A DNA stretch of 64,000 nucleotides from Bacteroidota bacterium (GTDB lineage Bacteria > Bacteroidota > Bacteroidia > Bacteroidales > VadinHA17), in assembly GCA_043800695.1 (NCBI GenBank), contig JAZDMU010000053.1:29721-93720 (forward strand). The letters are read 5' to 3'. The position numbers were made by a program, and so were the translations under genes. Of the stretch, positions 9,926 to 19,986 are shown piece after piece; positions within the stretch are counted from its first letter, which is position 1, and each line of letters opens with the position of its first letter. The notes under the pieces are model-generated. The model ran no database searches and was not told where the DNA came from. It worked only from the letters and a program-made list of their open reading frames with translations.

Positions 9926-10990
9926 TTATTTATTTTTATTCCTTACCATCACCAATTGAGCAGCAATGCTTACTGCAATCTCCTCAACCGTTTTAGATCC
10001 TATCTCAAGTCCTATCGGAGTGAAGATTTTATTCCAATCATCCGTAGTAGTCCATTCATTCCGGATGAATTCATCGCGCATTTTGGCTGTCTTCGCACGG
10101 CTTCCTATCATTCCTATATAAGCTGCATCTGATCTTAAACAGGGTTTTAAAGCTTCAGCATCGTTATTATGCCCCCGGGTCACGATTACGATATAAGTCT
10201 TCTGATCCTTTCTTACCTCATGCATTGCTTCGCCGATATCTTTCACAATGATATGATCAGCATCAGGGAGGTTATCAGCGTTTGCAAAATCAACACGGTC
10301 ATCGATCATGGTAACTTCAAAATCAAGCATCCTGCCAAGATGCGATACTGCTTTGCCGATATGTCCCGCGCCTGCAATAATGAGGCGTTCGGGAGTTAAA
10401 AGCAGCTCAAGGAAAAACAATGATGAGGGCTCTTCTCCAGGAATTGAGAGTTCAAGCTTTCTGTAATCGCCATTTAACTGTAATTTCAACATCTCCATGA
10501 CTTCCGGTTCTATCTTTTCCATAAACCCGGGTGGGATCTGAGGCCGGTTGCCGGCAGTCATCCAGTAACGATTGATAAGAACCCTGGTCTCCCTGAGAGG
10601 GGTTACCATAGTTATCAGTACGCCGGGAATGTCTTCTGATATTGAGTTCAGGATATTAAGAAAAACGGGGAGATGTGCCAGGGAATTTGCATCAACAAGA
10701 ACCGATATTCTGCCTCCGCATATTGCTTCGTATTTGTTTGAAATGTCATTGCCCAGTGTAAAATGAAGAAGAGCTGATTCCCCGGATGAAGAACATTTTT
10801 TTACAGCTTCCTGAACCTGCCCTTCGACGACTCCACCGCCGACGGTCCCTGATATCAGCCCACCGTCGTCAAAAAGAGCTGAGCTCCCGGGTTTCTGGGG
10901 TGTGGAACCGGTGCTTTCAACAACAGTGGCTATAACAAGACCTGTATTACCCTTCTCATTCTCCAGGAAATCGCGGTAGATGTTTTTCAT
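9926..10990 (-). CDS. xdhC: XdhC-family molybdoenzyme maturation protein
   Basis: N-terminal XdhC/CoxI region (ATVVESTGSTPQKPGS) plus a Rossmann-like C-domain (LIIAGAGHIGKAV). It heads the xdhC-mocA-2Fe2S-MoCo gene string. Confidence 0.85.
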   Translation of the reverse strand: MKNIYRDFLENEKGNTGLVIATVVESTGSTPQKPGSSALFDDGGLISGTVGGGVVEGQVQEAVKKCSSSGESALLHFTLGNDISNKYEAICGGRISVLVDANSLAHLPVFLNILNSISEDIPGVLITMVTPLRETRVLINRYWMTAGNRPQIPPGFMEKIEPEVMEMLKLQLNGDYRKLELSIPGEEPSSLFFLELLLTPERLIIAGAGHIGKAVSHLGRMLDFEVTMIDDRVDFANADNLPDADHIIVKDIGEAMHEVRKDQKTYIVIVTRGHNNDAEALKPCLRSDAAYIGMIGSRAKTAKMRDEFIRNEWTTTDDWNKIFTPIGLEIGSKTVEEIAVSIAAQLVMVRNKNK

Positions 10991-11095
10991 GATACCGTTG
11001 AAAAATCGTATATAAACAAATATATTAAAATCGACGATTTAATCATAATTTTACCAGCCCTTATGTATACCGGATAACTTAAACAGGCAGGGAAT

Positions 11096-12664
11096 ATGAA
11101 AAAACTTCTTTCCATAATAATATGCATAGTGTCTGTTGCAGGATGCAGTACAGATTCGAGGGAATCTGACACTCACAAATGGCTGGAAGAGATGACTATA
11201 GCACAGCTCCAGTCGGGTTACCGTGAAGGCAGGTTCACAATAAGTGAGGTCACTGCTGCCTACATCGACCGCATCAATGCCATTGATAAGAGCAGACCTG
11301 CACTCAACTCAGTGATTGCAATAAACCCTGATGCCCTTGAGATAGCCGGGAAGCTCGACCAGGAGATGGCTGCCGGTATAATCCACGGACCGATGCATGG
11401 TGTTCCTGTCATCCTGAAGGATAATATCGACACGCGGGACAATATGCCGACAACTGGTGGTTCGAAAGCACTGGAGAATTCATTTGCAGGCGAAGACAGT
11501 TTCATAGCCGGGCAGCTGAGGAAAGCAGGTGCGGTCATCATCGCAAAGGCAAACCTCAGCGAATGGGCTAATTTCCGGGCTAATGTGTCGTCGAGCGGGT
11601 GGAGCGCCGCGGGAGGCCAGACAAAGAATCCTTATGTACTCGATCGCAATCCCTGCGGATCAAGCTCAGGTTCGGGAGCAGCAGTGTCGGCGAACCTTTG
11701 CATGGCAGCCGTAGGAACGGAAACCGACGGTTCGATCGTCTGTCCTTCGAATAATACCGGGATTGTTGGCATAAAACCGACTGTCGGGCTGCTCAGCCGG
11801 ACGGGAATAATACCGATATCATTCACCCAGGACACTCCCGGCCCTATGTGCAGAACCGTCGAGGACGCAGCTATTTTGCTAGGTACAATGACAGGGATCG
11901 ATACGCTTGATTCAAAGACGCTTGATTCTGAAGGCAGGTTCCCGAAGGTATATACCGGGTACTTAAAACCTGACGGACTTAAAGGAAAGAAAATAGGGCT
12001 TATTAAAGACTCAGGAGGGTACTCCGACAGGGTTGACACACTAATGGCCAGGGCAGTCAGATGCATGAAAGCCATGGGAGCCGAGGTCGTTGAGGTTGAG
12101 GCACCATCGCACAGGGAGTACGGCGATGCAGAAATGCAGGTACTGCTCTATGAATTCAGGGACGGGCTGAATAAGTATCTGGCCGGACTTGGAGATGAAG
12201 CACGGGTAAGAAACCTTGCTGACCTTATTGAGTTCAACCTGAACGATCCTGAAGAATTGAAATACTTTGACCAGAAAATATTCATTGAAGCAGAAAAAAA
12301 AGGTGATCTCAGCTCTACTGAATATCTTGATGCGATTGAAAAAACCCGGAAAGCTACAAGGGAAAATGGCATTGACAGGATGCTGAATGAAAATGGCCTG
12401 GATGCACTGATCAGTCCCACCGGCTCTCCTGCATGGAAGACTGATCTTATACTCGGCGATCACTTCGTTGGAGGAAATTCATCACTTGCTGCGGTTGCAG
12501 GCTATCCTTCCATAACCGTTCCGATGGGTTTTGCCGGTGAACTTCCGGTAGGTATAACTTTTACAGGAACAGCATGGAGTGAAGCTAAACTGATCGAAAT
12601 AGCCTTCAGCTATGAGCAGTCATCAAAGCATAGAAAGATGCCACGCTTCCTTGCAACCGACTGA
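11096..12664 (+). CDS. Amidase-signature family amidase, lipoprotein
   Basis: Lipobox VAGCS. Amidase signature GGSSxGS-like block CGSSSGSGAAVSANL and KDNIDT. Confidence 0.85.
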   Translation: MKKLLSIIICIVSVAGCSTDSRESDTHKWLEEMTIAQLQSGYREGRFTISEVTAAYIDRINAIDKSRPALNSVIAINPDALEIAGKLDQEMAAGIIHGPMHGVPVILKDNIDTRDNMPTTGGSKALENSFAGEDSFIAGQLRKAGAVIIAKANLSEWANFRANVSSSGWSAAGGQTKNPYVLDRNPCGSSSGSGAAVSANLCMAAVGTETDGSIVCPSNNTGIVGIKPTVGLLSRTGIIPISFTQDTPGPMCRTVEDAAILLGTMTGIDTLDSKTLDSEGRFPKVYTGYLKPDGLKGKKIGLIKDSGGYSDRVDTLMARAVRCMKAMGAEVVEVEAPSHREYGDAEMQVLLYEFRDGLNKYLAGLGDEARVRNLADLIEFNLNDPEELKYFDQKIFIEAEKKGDLSSTEYLDAIEKTRKATRENGIDRMLNENGLDALISPTGSPAWKTDLILGDHFVGGNSSLAAVAGYPSITVPMGFAGELPVGITFTGTAWSEAKLIEIAFSYEQSSKHRKMPRFLATD

Positions 12665-12685
12665 ATGACTTGATTAAAGGCCGGA

Positions 12686-12874
12686 CTATTCTTCTGACTT
12701 CTTCTTATCCTCGGCGCTGAATTTGTCGGGATCATCCTCCACTTTGGAGGCTTTTTTGAATTCCTTCATCCCCTGACCTATGCCTTTCATCAGCTCGGGT
12801 ATCTTGCGTGCACCAAATAATAGGATCACAACAAGCAATATCAGAATTATCTCTGTAGCTCCGAAATTTCCCAT
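12686..12874 (-). CDS. tatA: Twin-arginine translocase TatA/E
   Basis: 62 aa, [42 protein letters not shown]. Confidence 0.9.
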   Translation of the reverse strand: MGNFGATEIILILLVVILLFGARKIPELMKGIGQGMKEFKKASKVEDDPDKFSAEDKKKSEE

Positions 12875-13073
12875 CTTTTCAAAGTTTATACAAACTATAA
12901 AGTTAATAAAAAAGTGGGTTAAAACAAATTTAACTTCCTTTCACGCTAGCGCGGAGCTGTGATCCGTGCTTCTTTTGAGTGGCACGGATTGTAAATTCGC
13001 GCCAGCTTTAGTGCCAGTGGCATCAATTTTAATTTCAACTTTATTTTTATATTGCGCCAAGTTTCATGATACG

Positions 13074-15242
13074 ATGCACAGATCATTAATCATCATTTCA
13101 GCTATATTCCTTGCTTTCAGCACAATATCTCATGGTCAGACCAGGGGTATTAACCGCGATAAATACCGGATAGGTATAAAGCATACCACTGAAGAAATCA
13201 AAATAGACGGTATTCTTGACGAAGAATCGTGGAAAACTGCTGAGCATACCGGCAAATTCCAGCGTGTTACACCCACTGACACCGGCTGGGCCATTGCCCA
13301 TACAGAGGTCAGGCTGACTTATGATGACCTTCATCTCTATATGAGCGCCATATGCTATGACCCCACTCCGGGCAAGAGGCTGGTAGAATCTCTTCGCAGG
13401 GATTATACATTCATGAGGAACGACAACTTCATGCTATTCCTTGATACCTATAACGACCAGACCAACGGATTTGCTTTTGGCATAACCCCGGCAGGTGCTC
13501 AGACTGAAGGACTGCAGTATGACGGGACAAAAGTACTCTACAGCTGGGATATCAAGTGGAGATCGGCTGTTATGAGCTACGACAACAGATGGGTTATTGA
13601 GTTCAGCATCCCGTTCAGGAGCATCCGCTACTCTGAAGGAGATACTGAATGGGGAATCAATTTCGGCCGCCTTGACCTGAAGAATAATGAGAAATCTGCA
13701 TGGGCTCCAATGCCGCGGCAGTTCCCTCACTGCTCACTGCCTTTTACCGGAACCCTGGCATGGGATAAACCGGTGGGTAAAGCCGGACTCAGGGTTTCGC
13801 TGATCCCGTATGTGACCGGTAAGGCAACAAAGGATATTATTGCAGGAGAAAAGACGAAACTGAGCGGAAACGCCGGTTTTGATGCAAAGATGATACTCTC
13901 AACATCACTGAACCTTGACCTCACAGTCAATCCGGATTATTCTCAGGTTGAGGTTGACAGGCAGCAGACAAACCTTGACAGGTTCGAACTCTTCTTCCCT
14001 GAGAAAAGACAGTTCTTCCTTGAAAACAGCGATCTTTTCTCAAACCTGGGAACCGAGACTCTCAGGCCTTTTTTTTCAAGGAGGATAGGACTTGACAGTC
14101 CCGTAAGAACAGGAGCACGCCTGAGCGGAAACCTGGGCAGCAAGTGGAGGATCAATATGATGGATATACATACCGGTGAAAAAGAGAGCATTCATGCTTC
14201 AAATTTCCTGGTTGCTGCCATTCAGAGGTCGGTATTCAGCAGATCAAATATATCTGCTTTCTTCATCAACAAACAGGTCATTGACGCTAAAGATGATACG
14301 CTCTTTTCAGGTAACCTTTTCAACCGGGTGGCCGGACTGGAATACAACCTGGCCAGCCCCGATAACCGGTGGACCGGAAAGGCTTTCTACCACCAGAGCA
14401 TTGGAAGCAGCATCTCTTTCAAAGGCGCAGCAATGGCAGCAAACATCACCCGGTCCACGAAGTTTCTAACTGCATCCCTGAATCAATCGCTTGTCGGTGA
14501 CAGATATCTTGCAGAGACCGGATACATAAGGAGAAAAGGTTATTACGAAATAAATCCTTTGCTGCAATACAAATTTTTTCCTCAATCCAATGTGATAATA
14601 AGTCACGGACCGATTGTGAAGCTTGACATGTTTTTTGATCCTTCATTCTCACTGACCGACAGGGAAACACAACTATCTTACAGAGTTGAATGGCAGAACA
14701 GCAGCATAACTTTAGCTGATGTCAAAGAGACATACATAAAGCTGCTTTTACCCTATGATCCCACAAACACAGGAGGAGTTCCTTTCAGCGCCGGTGATGA
14801 TTTTCAATGGAACGAAGCCGGGATTTCGCACACGACTGATTCACGGAGGCTGCTGTATGTCACTCTTTCGGGAAGATACGGGGGGTATTATACAGGGACA
14901 AGAATTACCCTTAACGGTGAGATCAATTACCGTGTACAGCCTTACGGAAGCCTTGCACTTGCGACAACTTATAACGATATCTCGCTGCCAGACCCCTATA
15001 ACAGTGCCAGGTTGCTGCTCATCGGGCCGAAACTCGATTTTACCTTTACCGACAAGTTATTCTTTACCAGCTTCATACAGTATAATAACCAGGTCGACAA
15101 CCTGAACCTGAATCTCAGGTTCCAGTGGAGGTTCGCCCCCGTTTCAGACCTCTTTATTGTCTATACCGAGAATTCATTTCCTGCCGATTACCGGGTTAAA
15201 AACCGCGGATTGGTCATAAAACTATCATACTGGTTCAACTAG
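13074..15242 (+). CDS. DUF5916 / CBM9-like domain-containing secreted protein
   Basis: Start moved to MHRSLIIISAIFLAFSTISHGQ (signal peptide). KIDGILDEESWKTAEHTGKFQRVTPTD is typical of this Bacteroidota family. The track N-terminus (12966) runs through a hairpin repeat. Confidence 0.65.
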   Translation: MHRSLIIISAIFLAFSTISHGQTRGINRDKYRIGIKHTTEEIKIDGILDEESWKTAEHTGKFQRVTPTDTGWAIAHTEVRLTYDDLHLYMSAICYDPTPGKRLVESLRRDYTFMRNDNFMLFLDTYNDQTNGFAFGITPAGAQTEGLQYDGTKVLYSWDIKWRSAVMSYDNRWVIEFSIPFRSIRYSEGDTEWGINFGRLDLKNNEKSAWAPMPRQFPHCSLPFTGTLAWDKPVGKAGLRVSLIPYVTGKATKDIIAGEKTKLSGNAGFDAKMILSTSLNLDLTVNPDYSQVEVDRQQTNLDRFELFFPEKRQFFLENSDLFSNLGTETLRPFFSRRIGLDSPVRTGARLSGNLGSKWRINMMDIHTGEKESIHASNFLVAAIQRSVFSRSNISAFFINKQVIDAKDDTLFSGNLFNRVAGLEYNLASPDNRWTGKAFYHQSIGSSISFKGAAMAANITRSTKFLTASLNQSLVGDRYLAETGYIRRKGYYEINPLLQYKFFPQSNVIISHGPIVKLDMFFDPSFSLTDRETQLSYRVEWQNSSITLADVKETYIKLLLPYDPTNTGGVPFSAGDDFQWNEAGISHTTDSRRLLYVTLSGRYGGYYTGTRITLNGEINYRVQPYGSLALATTYNDISLPDPYNSARLLLIGPKLDFTFTDKLFFTSFIQYNNQVDNLNLNLRFQWRFAPVSDLFIVYTENSFPADYRVKNRGLVIKLSYWFN

Positions 15243-15248
15243 CTGCCG

Positions 15249-16025
15249 ATGAACAAAAAAGATATAAAATACAAGGTTTGGTTTTTTGGCGGAGGTGAAA
15301 CCCGGGATGATAAGTTCAATGTCTTCACAGGATCATTTATCAGGCTGATGAAGGAGATAATGGGCAACGATTTCGATTTCATCAGGGGAGTTTACTTTAA
15401 TTCCAATATGATAAATGTAATCTGGATGCTTAATAATTGCCAGCGGCCATTGAAGGACCCTTTTCACAACAAACTGATCAGGACCGTCACTGCACAGATC
15501 TTCTGCGATGGCTATAATCCCGATATGCAGCTGGTGCTCGTGTCATCAAGCACCGGAAGCATCGTTGCAGCACAGGTGGCCGTCTATCTTGCCGAACAGA
15601 ATAAAGACAGGCTTCATTTCAGGAAGCCGATTCATCTGGGACTGGGATCGAGTGTCATTTCCAAAGAATCTGAGTTGTACAGGAGGCTTATTGAATACCA
15701 GAAAGAAGGAAGCATCGGTACTATCGTTTTGGATGATCTTCTCGATAAAGATGATAATTCGCACGGGACAGGAGGCACAACAAGATGGCAGGCTTATTCC
15801 AATGCTTTCGGACTGATGTTTCCGTTCTTTTCAAGAAAATTCTCAGGTCCATCTTTCCTGAATATACATCCCGTAAAAGGTCATATTCACAGGAAAAGGT
15901 CGCAAACAGTACAGAAAGCAATTGATTATATTGATGTCCTTCTGATCAAACACAAACTGGCAGGAGGTTATTATTCCGAAAAAGCAGTAACGGTAATTAA
16001 AGGAGCCAGCTCTATTTTATCATGA
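15249..16025 (+). CDS. Hypothetical protein
   Basis: 258-aa ORF with coding-like composition and no motif I recognise with confidence. Its 3' end overlaps the convergent FAH gene by 14 nt. Confidence 0.5.
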   Translation: MNKKDIKYKVWFFGGGETRDDKFNVFTGSFIRLMKEIMGNDFDFIRGVYFNSNMINVIWMLNNCQRPLKDPFHNKLIRTVTAQIFCDGYNPDMQLVLVSSSTGSIVAAQVAVYLAEQNKDRLHFRKPIHLGLGSSVISKESELYRRLIEYQKEGSIGTIVLDDLLDKDDNSHGTGGTTRWQAYSNAFGLMFPFFSRKFSGPSFLNIHPVKGHIHRKRSQTVQKAIDYIDVLLIKHKLAGGYYSEKAVTVIKGASSILS

Positions 16026-16623
16026 AATCAAGAACCGGTTCATCACCCAGGTAAGCGACAAGATTGTCGTTTTTCCTTAATGGGCCCACCCCGGAGGGAG
16101 TGCCTGTAAAAATAAGATCCCCTGTTTTGAGAGTAAAGAACCTTGAGATGTATGCTACAATCTCATTGAACCCGAAGATCATATCGGATGTATTTCCCAT
16201 CTGGACGATCTTATCATTTATTTCAAGGCTGAAGTCAAGATTCTTAAGGTCACCGGCAGAGCCTACCGGCAGGAATTTACCGATTGGTGCAGCTCCGTCG
16301 AAACATTTGGAGAGCTCCCATGGAAGACCGGCAGCAGAGTTCCGGTTCTGAATATCCCGGGCAGTTATATCTATTCCTACTGTCAGTTCATCAAAGTACC
16401 GGTGGGCAAATTTGGGAGATATGCCCTTTCCGAGCTTGCTGATCTTAATGACCACCTCAGCTTCGTACTGGATCATATTTGAGAAACCGGGGAGGAAAAA
16501 TGGTTTGTTGTTTTTAAGGATTGAGGAGTCGGGCTTGAGAAAAACCACCGGTTCAGCCGGCAGAGACCTTCCCATTTCCATGGCATGTTTCCTGTAATTC
16601 AACCCGATACAGATGATCTTCAT
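16012..16623 (-). CDS. Fumarylacetoacetate hydrolase (FAH) family protein
   Basis: 203 aa, IICIGLNYRKHAMEMG..PVVFLKP..EAEVVIKI..GDLIFTGTPSGVGPL. Confidence 0.85.
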   Translation of the reverse strand: MKIICIGLNYRKHAMEMGRSLPAEPVVFLKPDSSILKNNKPFFLPGFSNMIQYEAEVVIKISKLGKGISPKFAHRYFDELTVGIDITARDIQNRNSAAGLPWELSKCFDGAAPIGKFLPVGSAGDLKNLDFSLEINDKIVQMGNTSDMIFGFNEIVAYISRFFTLKTGDLIFTGTPSGVGPLRKNDNLVAYLGDEPVLDFMIK

Positions 16624-16624
16624 G

Positions 16625-17401
16625 TCATGATTTATTTTTTCCGAACGACCTGAGCTTAATCTCTGTCAGAACTTTCTTCGTGTATAAGGGAAAATCGCCA
16701 TTAATTATCCACGAATAATATGACGGATCCTCACTGAATACAACTTCTACTGGTTTTCCTTTATGCTTTCCGAAGTTGAAAACCTCGATTCCGTTTTCAT
16801 CCAGAATAATACGTCCGGCGAAATCCACATTTTTGTTGAATGAGCTGAAGAGAGCCAGTTTTTCAATGTCGTTCTCAAGGTCGGGATATCTGTCGAGCTG
16901 TGCTTTAAGCACCTCATAAGTAGCTGACGTATCGGCTTTTGCGCTATGAGCATCATGAAGCTCCTTTTTGCAGTAGAACTGGTATGCTGCCGAAAGTGTC
17001 CTTTGCTCCTTTTTGTGGAAGATCACCTGGGCATCCACATAACGCCTCTTCCTGAAGTTGAAATCTGTATCCGTCCGCAGGAATTCCTCGGCAAGAACAG
17101 GAATATCGAACTTGATTGAGTTATAACCTGCAAGATCGCATCCCTCGAGGAAAGCGGCAAGTGTTTTGGCCACCTCTTTAAAGGTCGGGGCTCCTGCAAC
17201 ATCTTCATTGGTGATGCCGTGAATAGCAGTCACTTTAGCAGGAATGGGCATTTCGGGATTGATCCGGGTGGTCATCCACTGTTCCTTTCCGTTGGGGCTT
17301 ATCTTAAGGAGGGATAGCTCCACAATACGGTCACTCGGGATATTTATCCCTGTTGTTTCGAGGTCAATGAAGACTATTGGACGTTTAAGCTTAAGTTCCA
17401 A
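16625..17401 (-). CDS. DnaQ-like 3'-5' exonuclease (DEDDh)
   Basis: ExoI VFIDLETTG, ExoII AGYNSIKFDIPVL, ExoIII HSAKADTSATYEVL. Immediately downstream of dnaN. Confidence 0.85.
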   Translation of the reverse strand: MELKLKRPIVFIDLETTGINIPSDRIVELSLLKISPNGKEQWMTTRINPEMPIPAKVTAIHGITNEDVAGAPTFKEVAKTLAAFLEGCDLAGYNSIKFDIPVLAEEFLRTDTDFNFRKRRYVDAQVIFHKKEQRTLSAAYQFYCKKELHDAHSAKADTSATYEVLKAQLDRYPDLENDIEKLALFSSFNKNVDFAGRIILDENGIEVFNFGKHKGKPVEVVFSEDPSYYSWIINGDFPLYTKKVLTEIKLRSFGKNKS

Positions 17402-17403
17402 TA

Positions 17404-18534
17404 TCAGGCATTTATCATCATCGGCATCAGGAGCATCAGCAGATCTTCGGCTTCATTTTCGGTTTCGGCAGGAAGGAAGAGCCCGGCGCGCGTCGGATCG
17501 GCCAGTTCCATCATAACATCCTGCGTAGCTATATTTGAAAGAATCTCGAGCAGGAAGACGGATTTGAATCCGATTTCGATCTCATCGCCTTCGTACTGGC
17601 ATTTGATCCTTTCGTAAGCTGAGATAGAGAAATCGATATCCTGTGCGGAAACTGTTACCTGGTTACCTTTAAGCTGAAGCTTGACGAGGTTGCTTGCCTG
17701 GTTCGAAAATACCGAGACGCGCTTAAGTGTATTGTAGAACTCAATCCTGTCAATCGTGATCTTCCGCGGATTGTTTTTAGGGATTACCGAGTTGTAATTC
17801 GGATAGTTACCTTCAACGAGGCGGCAAACTACCTTGTAGTCGTTGAGATTGAAAAAAGCGTTCTTATCGTCGAATTCCACCTTGAATGGTCCCTCCTCCC
17901 TGGGGAGTATGTTTTTGAGCAGCGAGGCCGGCTTTTTGGGAAGTATGAAGGAGGCATTGTCATCGGCATGTGCATCTGACCTCTGGTAACGTACCAGTTT
18001 GTGAGCATCGGATGCCACAAATGTAATTTTTGTCGTTGAAGCTTCAATGAAGATCCCACCCATTACCGGGCGCAATTCATCATCAGCAGTTGCAAAAAGA
18101 GTCTTGTTGATGCCGGCAAGCATTACGTCGGCATTGATTGTGAATGAGAACTTTTTGTCTTTCTTTATAGTCGGAAGCGCCGGGAAATCAATCCCGTTCT
18201 GCCCTACAATATTGAACTTGCCATTTTCCGAGCTTATCACAACTGCAAGAGTATCAGGATTTATGTCGAATGTCAGTGGCTGAGCTGAAAACTCTTTCAG
18301 AGTGTCGAGTAATATTCTTGCAGGCATTGCAATAGTACCGTCTCCCTGGGTGTTTTCAAGCTTCATCCTTGTTATAAGGGTCGACTCAAGGTCGGAAGCT
18401 GTTATTTCGAGATCATTCCCTGAAAGATTGAACAGGAAATTATCAAGGATGGGAAGAGTATTCTTGGAGCTGATTACCCTGCTGATGGCCTGAATATGAC
18501 CAAGAAGCTCGGTGCTGGACACTACAAATTTCAT
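17404..18534 (-). CDS. dnaN: DNA polymerase III beta sliding clamp
   Basis: 376 aa, MKFVVSSTELLGHIQAISRVISSKNTLPILDNFLF, three-domain clamp length. Confidence 0.95.
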   Translation of the reverse strand: MKFVVSSTELLGHIQAISRVISSKNTLPILDNFLFNLSGNDLEITASDLESTLITRMKLENTQGDGTIAMPARILLDTLKEFSAQPLTFDINPDTLAVVISSENGKFNIVGQNGIDFPALPTIKKDKKFSFTINADVMLAGINKTLFATADDELRPVMGGIFIEASTTKITFVASDAHKLVRYQRSDAHADDNASFILPKKPASLLKNILPREEGPFKVEFDDKNAFFNLNDYKVVCRLVEGNYPNYNSVIPKNNPRKITIDRIEFYNTLKRVSVFSNQASNLVKLQLKGNQVTVSAQDIDFSISAYERIKCQYEGDEIEIGFKSVFLLEILSNIATQDVMMELADPTRAGLFLPAETENEAEDLLMLLMPMMINA

Positions 18535-18683
18535 AATGTTACCGGTTTAAGTTTATTATTAAGAACTATTATTTATTTATTTAACTCAAAATGAATGAAT
18601 TGCGATGTTTCACATCAGCAATTCACAAATATCAATATTACAAATAAAATAGAACTCTTCAAATAAAAAAATTCATCATAAGA

Positions 18684-19011
18684 ATTCCGGGCTAAAGTGG
18701 TAAAAACCCACCAACCCCTCAAGCTAATTTTTATACACAAATATTGTATAGTGCTGATAATATGGAGATTCCTCGCTTCGCTCGGAATGACAGGTTGCTT
18801 TAGGGTATTTTGGGAAAGAGGCGGCGCGTTTTGCTCAATATTCAACCAAGAAGTAAGTTAACCGCAAAACGCGCCGCCTCTTTCCCATTTTAACAACAAT
18901 CATCCTGTCATTCCGAACGAAGCCGACGCAGGAGGCAAAGTGAGGAATCTCCTGCTTTACCAGGTATTTACTAAAAAGATGTGTAAAAATTGTCGGGCTT
19001 TAGCCCGGAAT
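18684..19011. repeat. ~330-bp nested imperfect palindrome
   Basis: Outer arms are ATTCCGGGCTAAAG (18684-18697) and its reverse complement (18998-19011). Middle blocks are GAGATTCCTC..GCTTCGCTCGGAATGACAGG against CCTGTCATTCCGAACGAAGC..GAGGAATCTC. The inner stem is a perfect 24 bp (18811-18834 / 18864-18887). Confidence 0.85.
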
Positions 19012-19023
19012 CTTCCTTTCCCG

Positions 19024-19986
19024 TTACTGATAGAAATAAGACCTTTTCTTCAGCAGCGGGTCTATATCGAAATACCTGATAATGAGCAGATCATCGATTG
19101 AAGAGGCTTTTCCATAAAGCCTGTCACTGTCCGGCTCTCCTGTCTGGTCTTCATACTTTCGCCAAAGCTTCAGGATAACTTCTTCACCTGAAGATATCTT
19201 TACAGTAATAGTGTAAAGGGGCTGCTGTGACATGATCTCTTCCTTAATATCACCGGGCAGGCTATAAGCACGGTTTTCAAAAGGAACCCATGTGAAGTAT
19301 GATATATATCTTTTCACCCTCGTTGAATCCCATCCTGAAATACCGTCAGGCATGAAGCTGCTGCCTGAGGAGATGATACTGAAAGATGACGCAGTGTCGG
19401 CATGGCTCTCCACTGTCACTGACGCTATTTCGGAAGGAAGCAGATTAAAAATTGTAAAAGGCTGCCAAAAGTGTTCATCGGAATTGAATATATAACCGAT
19501 ATCTTCCTCATATCCGGGTACATACACAATGAAAGGACGGCTTCTCCCGCTCATTTTCATTATGTTCCCGAAGGTGTTTGAACCTGTCGGGTAAACCAGG
19601 AATGTCCTGAGCACCCTGTTGCCCTCATATACTCTTACTTTTACAGGCGTCACACCATTGTCCATGATCTCTTCCATGAATATCTCTTCAGAAACCGGAG
19701 ATTTGATCTGCATCTCCGTTAATATCCTCACAAGATAAAGGACAGCGCTCTTTCTTGTTTCTTTTCCTTCAACCAGCCAGGCTCTATTCTCTTTCACGAG
19801 CGATATATTTTTATCATTCTGAGCAAGGTCAATCCTGGTTATCTCATTTTTTGGCACAACAGCAAATAAACTCTGGTTCTTTCCGTAGGGTGATCTGTCT
19901 CTCAGCACAACAATGGCAAAAAGCGCGACGATAAGCAAAGAAGAAATTATTGTATTCCTGAAGATTATCTTATTCATGATCAACAA
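19024..19986 (-). CDS. DUF4340-like protein downstream of gldG
   Basis: 320 aa, N-terminal TM anchor. The start overlaps the gldG-like stop by 17 nt, the usual gldG-DUF4340 arrangement. Confidence 0.6.
   Translation of the reverse strand: MLIMNKIIFRNTIISSLLIVALFAIVVLRDRSPYGKNQSLFAVVPKNEITRIDLAQNDKNISLVKENRAWLVEGKETRKSAVLYLVRILTEMQIKSPVSEEIFMEEIMDNGVTPVKVRVYEGNRVLRTFLVYPTGSNTFGNIMKMSGRSRPFIVYVPGYEEDIGYIFNSDEHFWQPFTIFNLLPSEIASVTVESHADTASSFSIISSGSSFMPDGISGWDSTRVKRYISYFTWVPFENRAYSLPGDIKEEIMSQQPLYTITVKISSGEEVILKLWRKYEDQTGEPDSDRLYGKASSIDDLLIIRYFDIDPLLKKRSYFYQ

Noticed and set aside
18535-19023. A possible oriC next to dnaN: an AT-rich 490-bp gap with the DnaA-box-like TTATACACA at 18731-18739 and a one-mismatch box near 18976-18990.
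   Set aside because: There are only one or two box-like matches, no clustered array, no dnaA gene nearby, and the region is dominated by a nested palindrome. I cannot compute GC skew here, so this remains unsupported rather than disproven.
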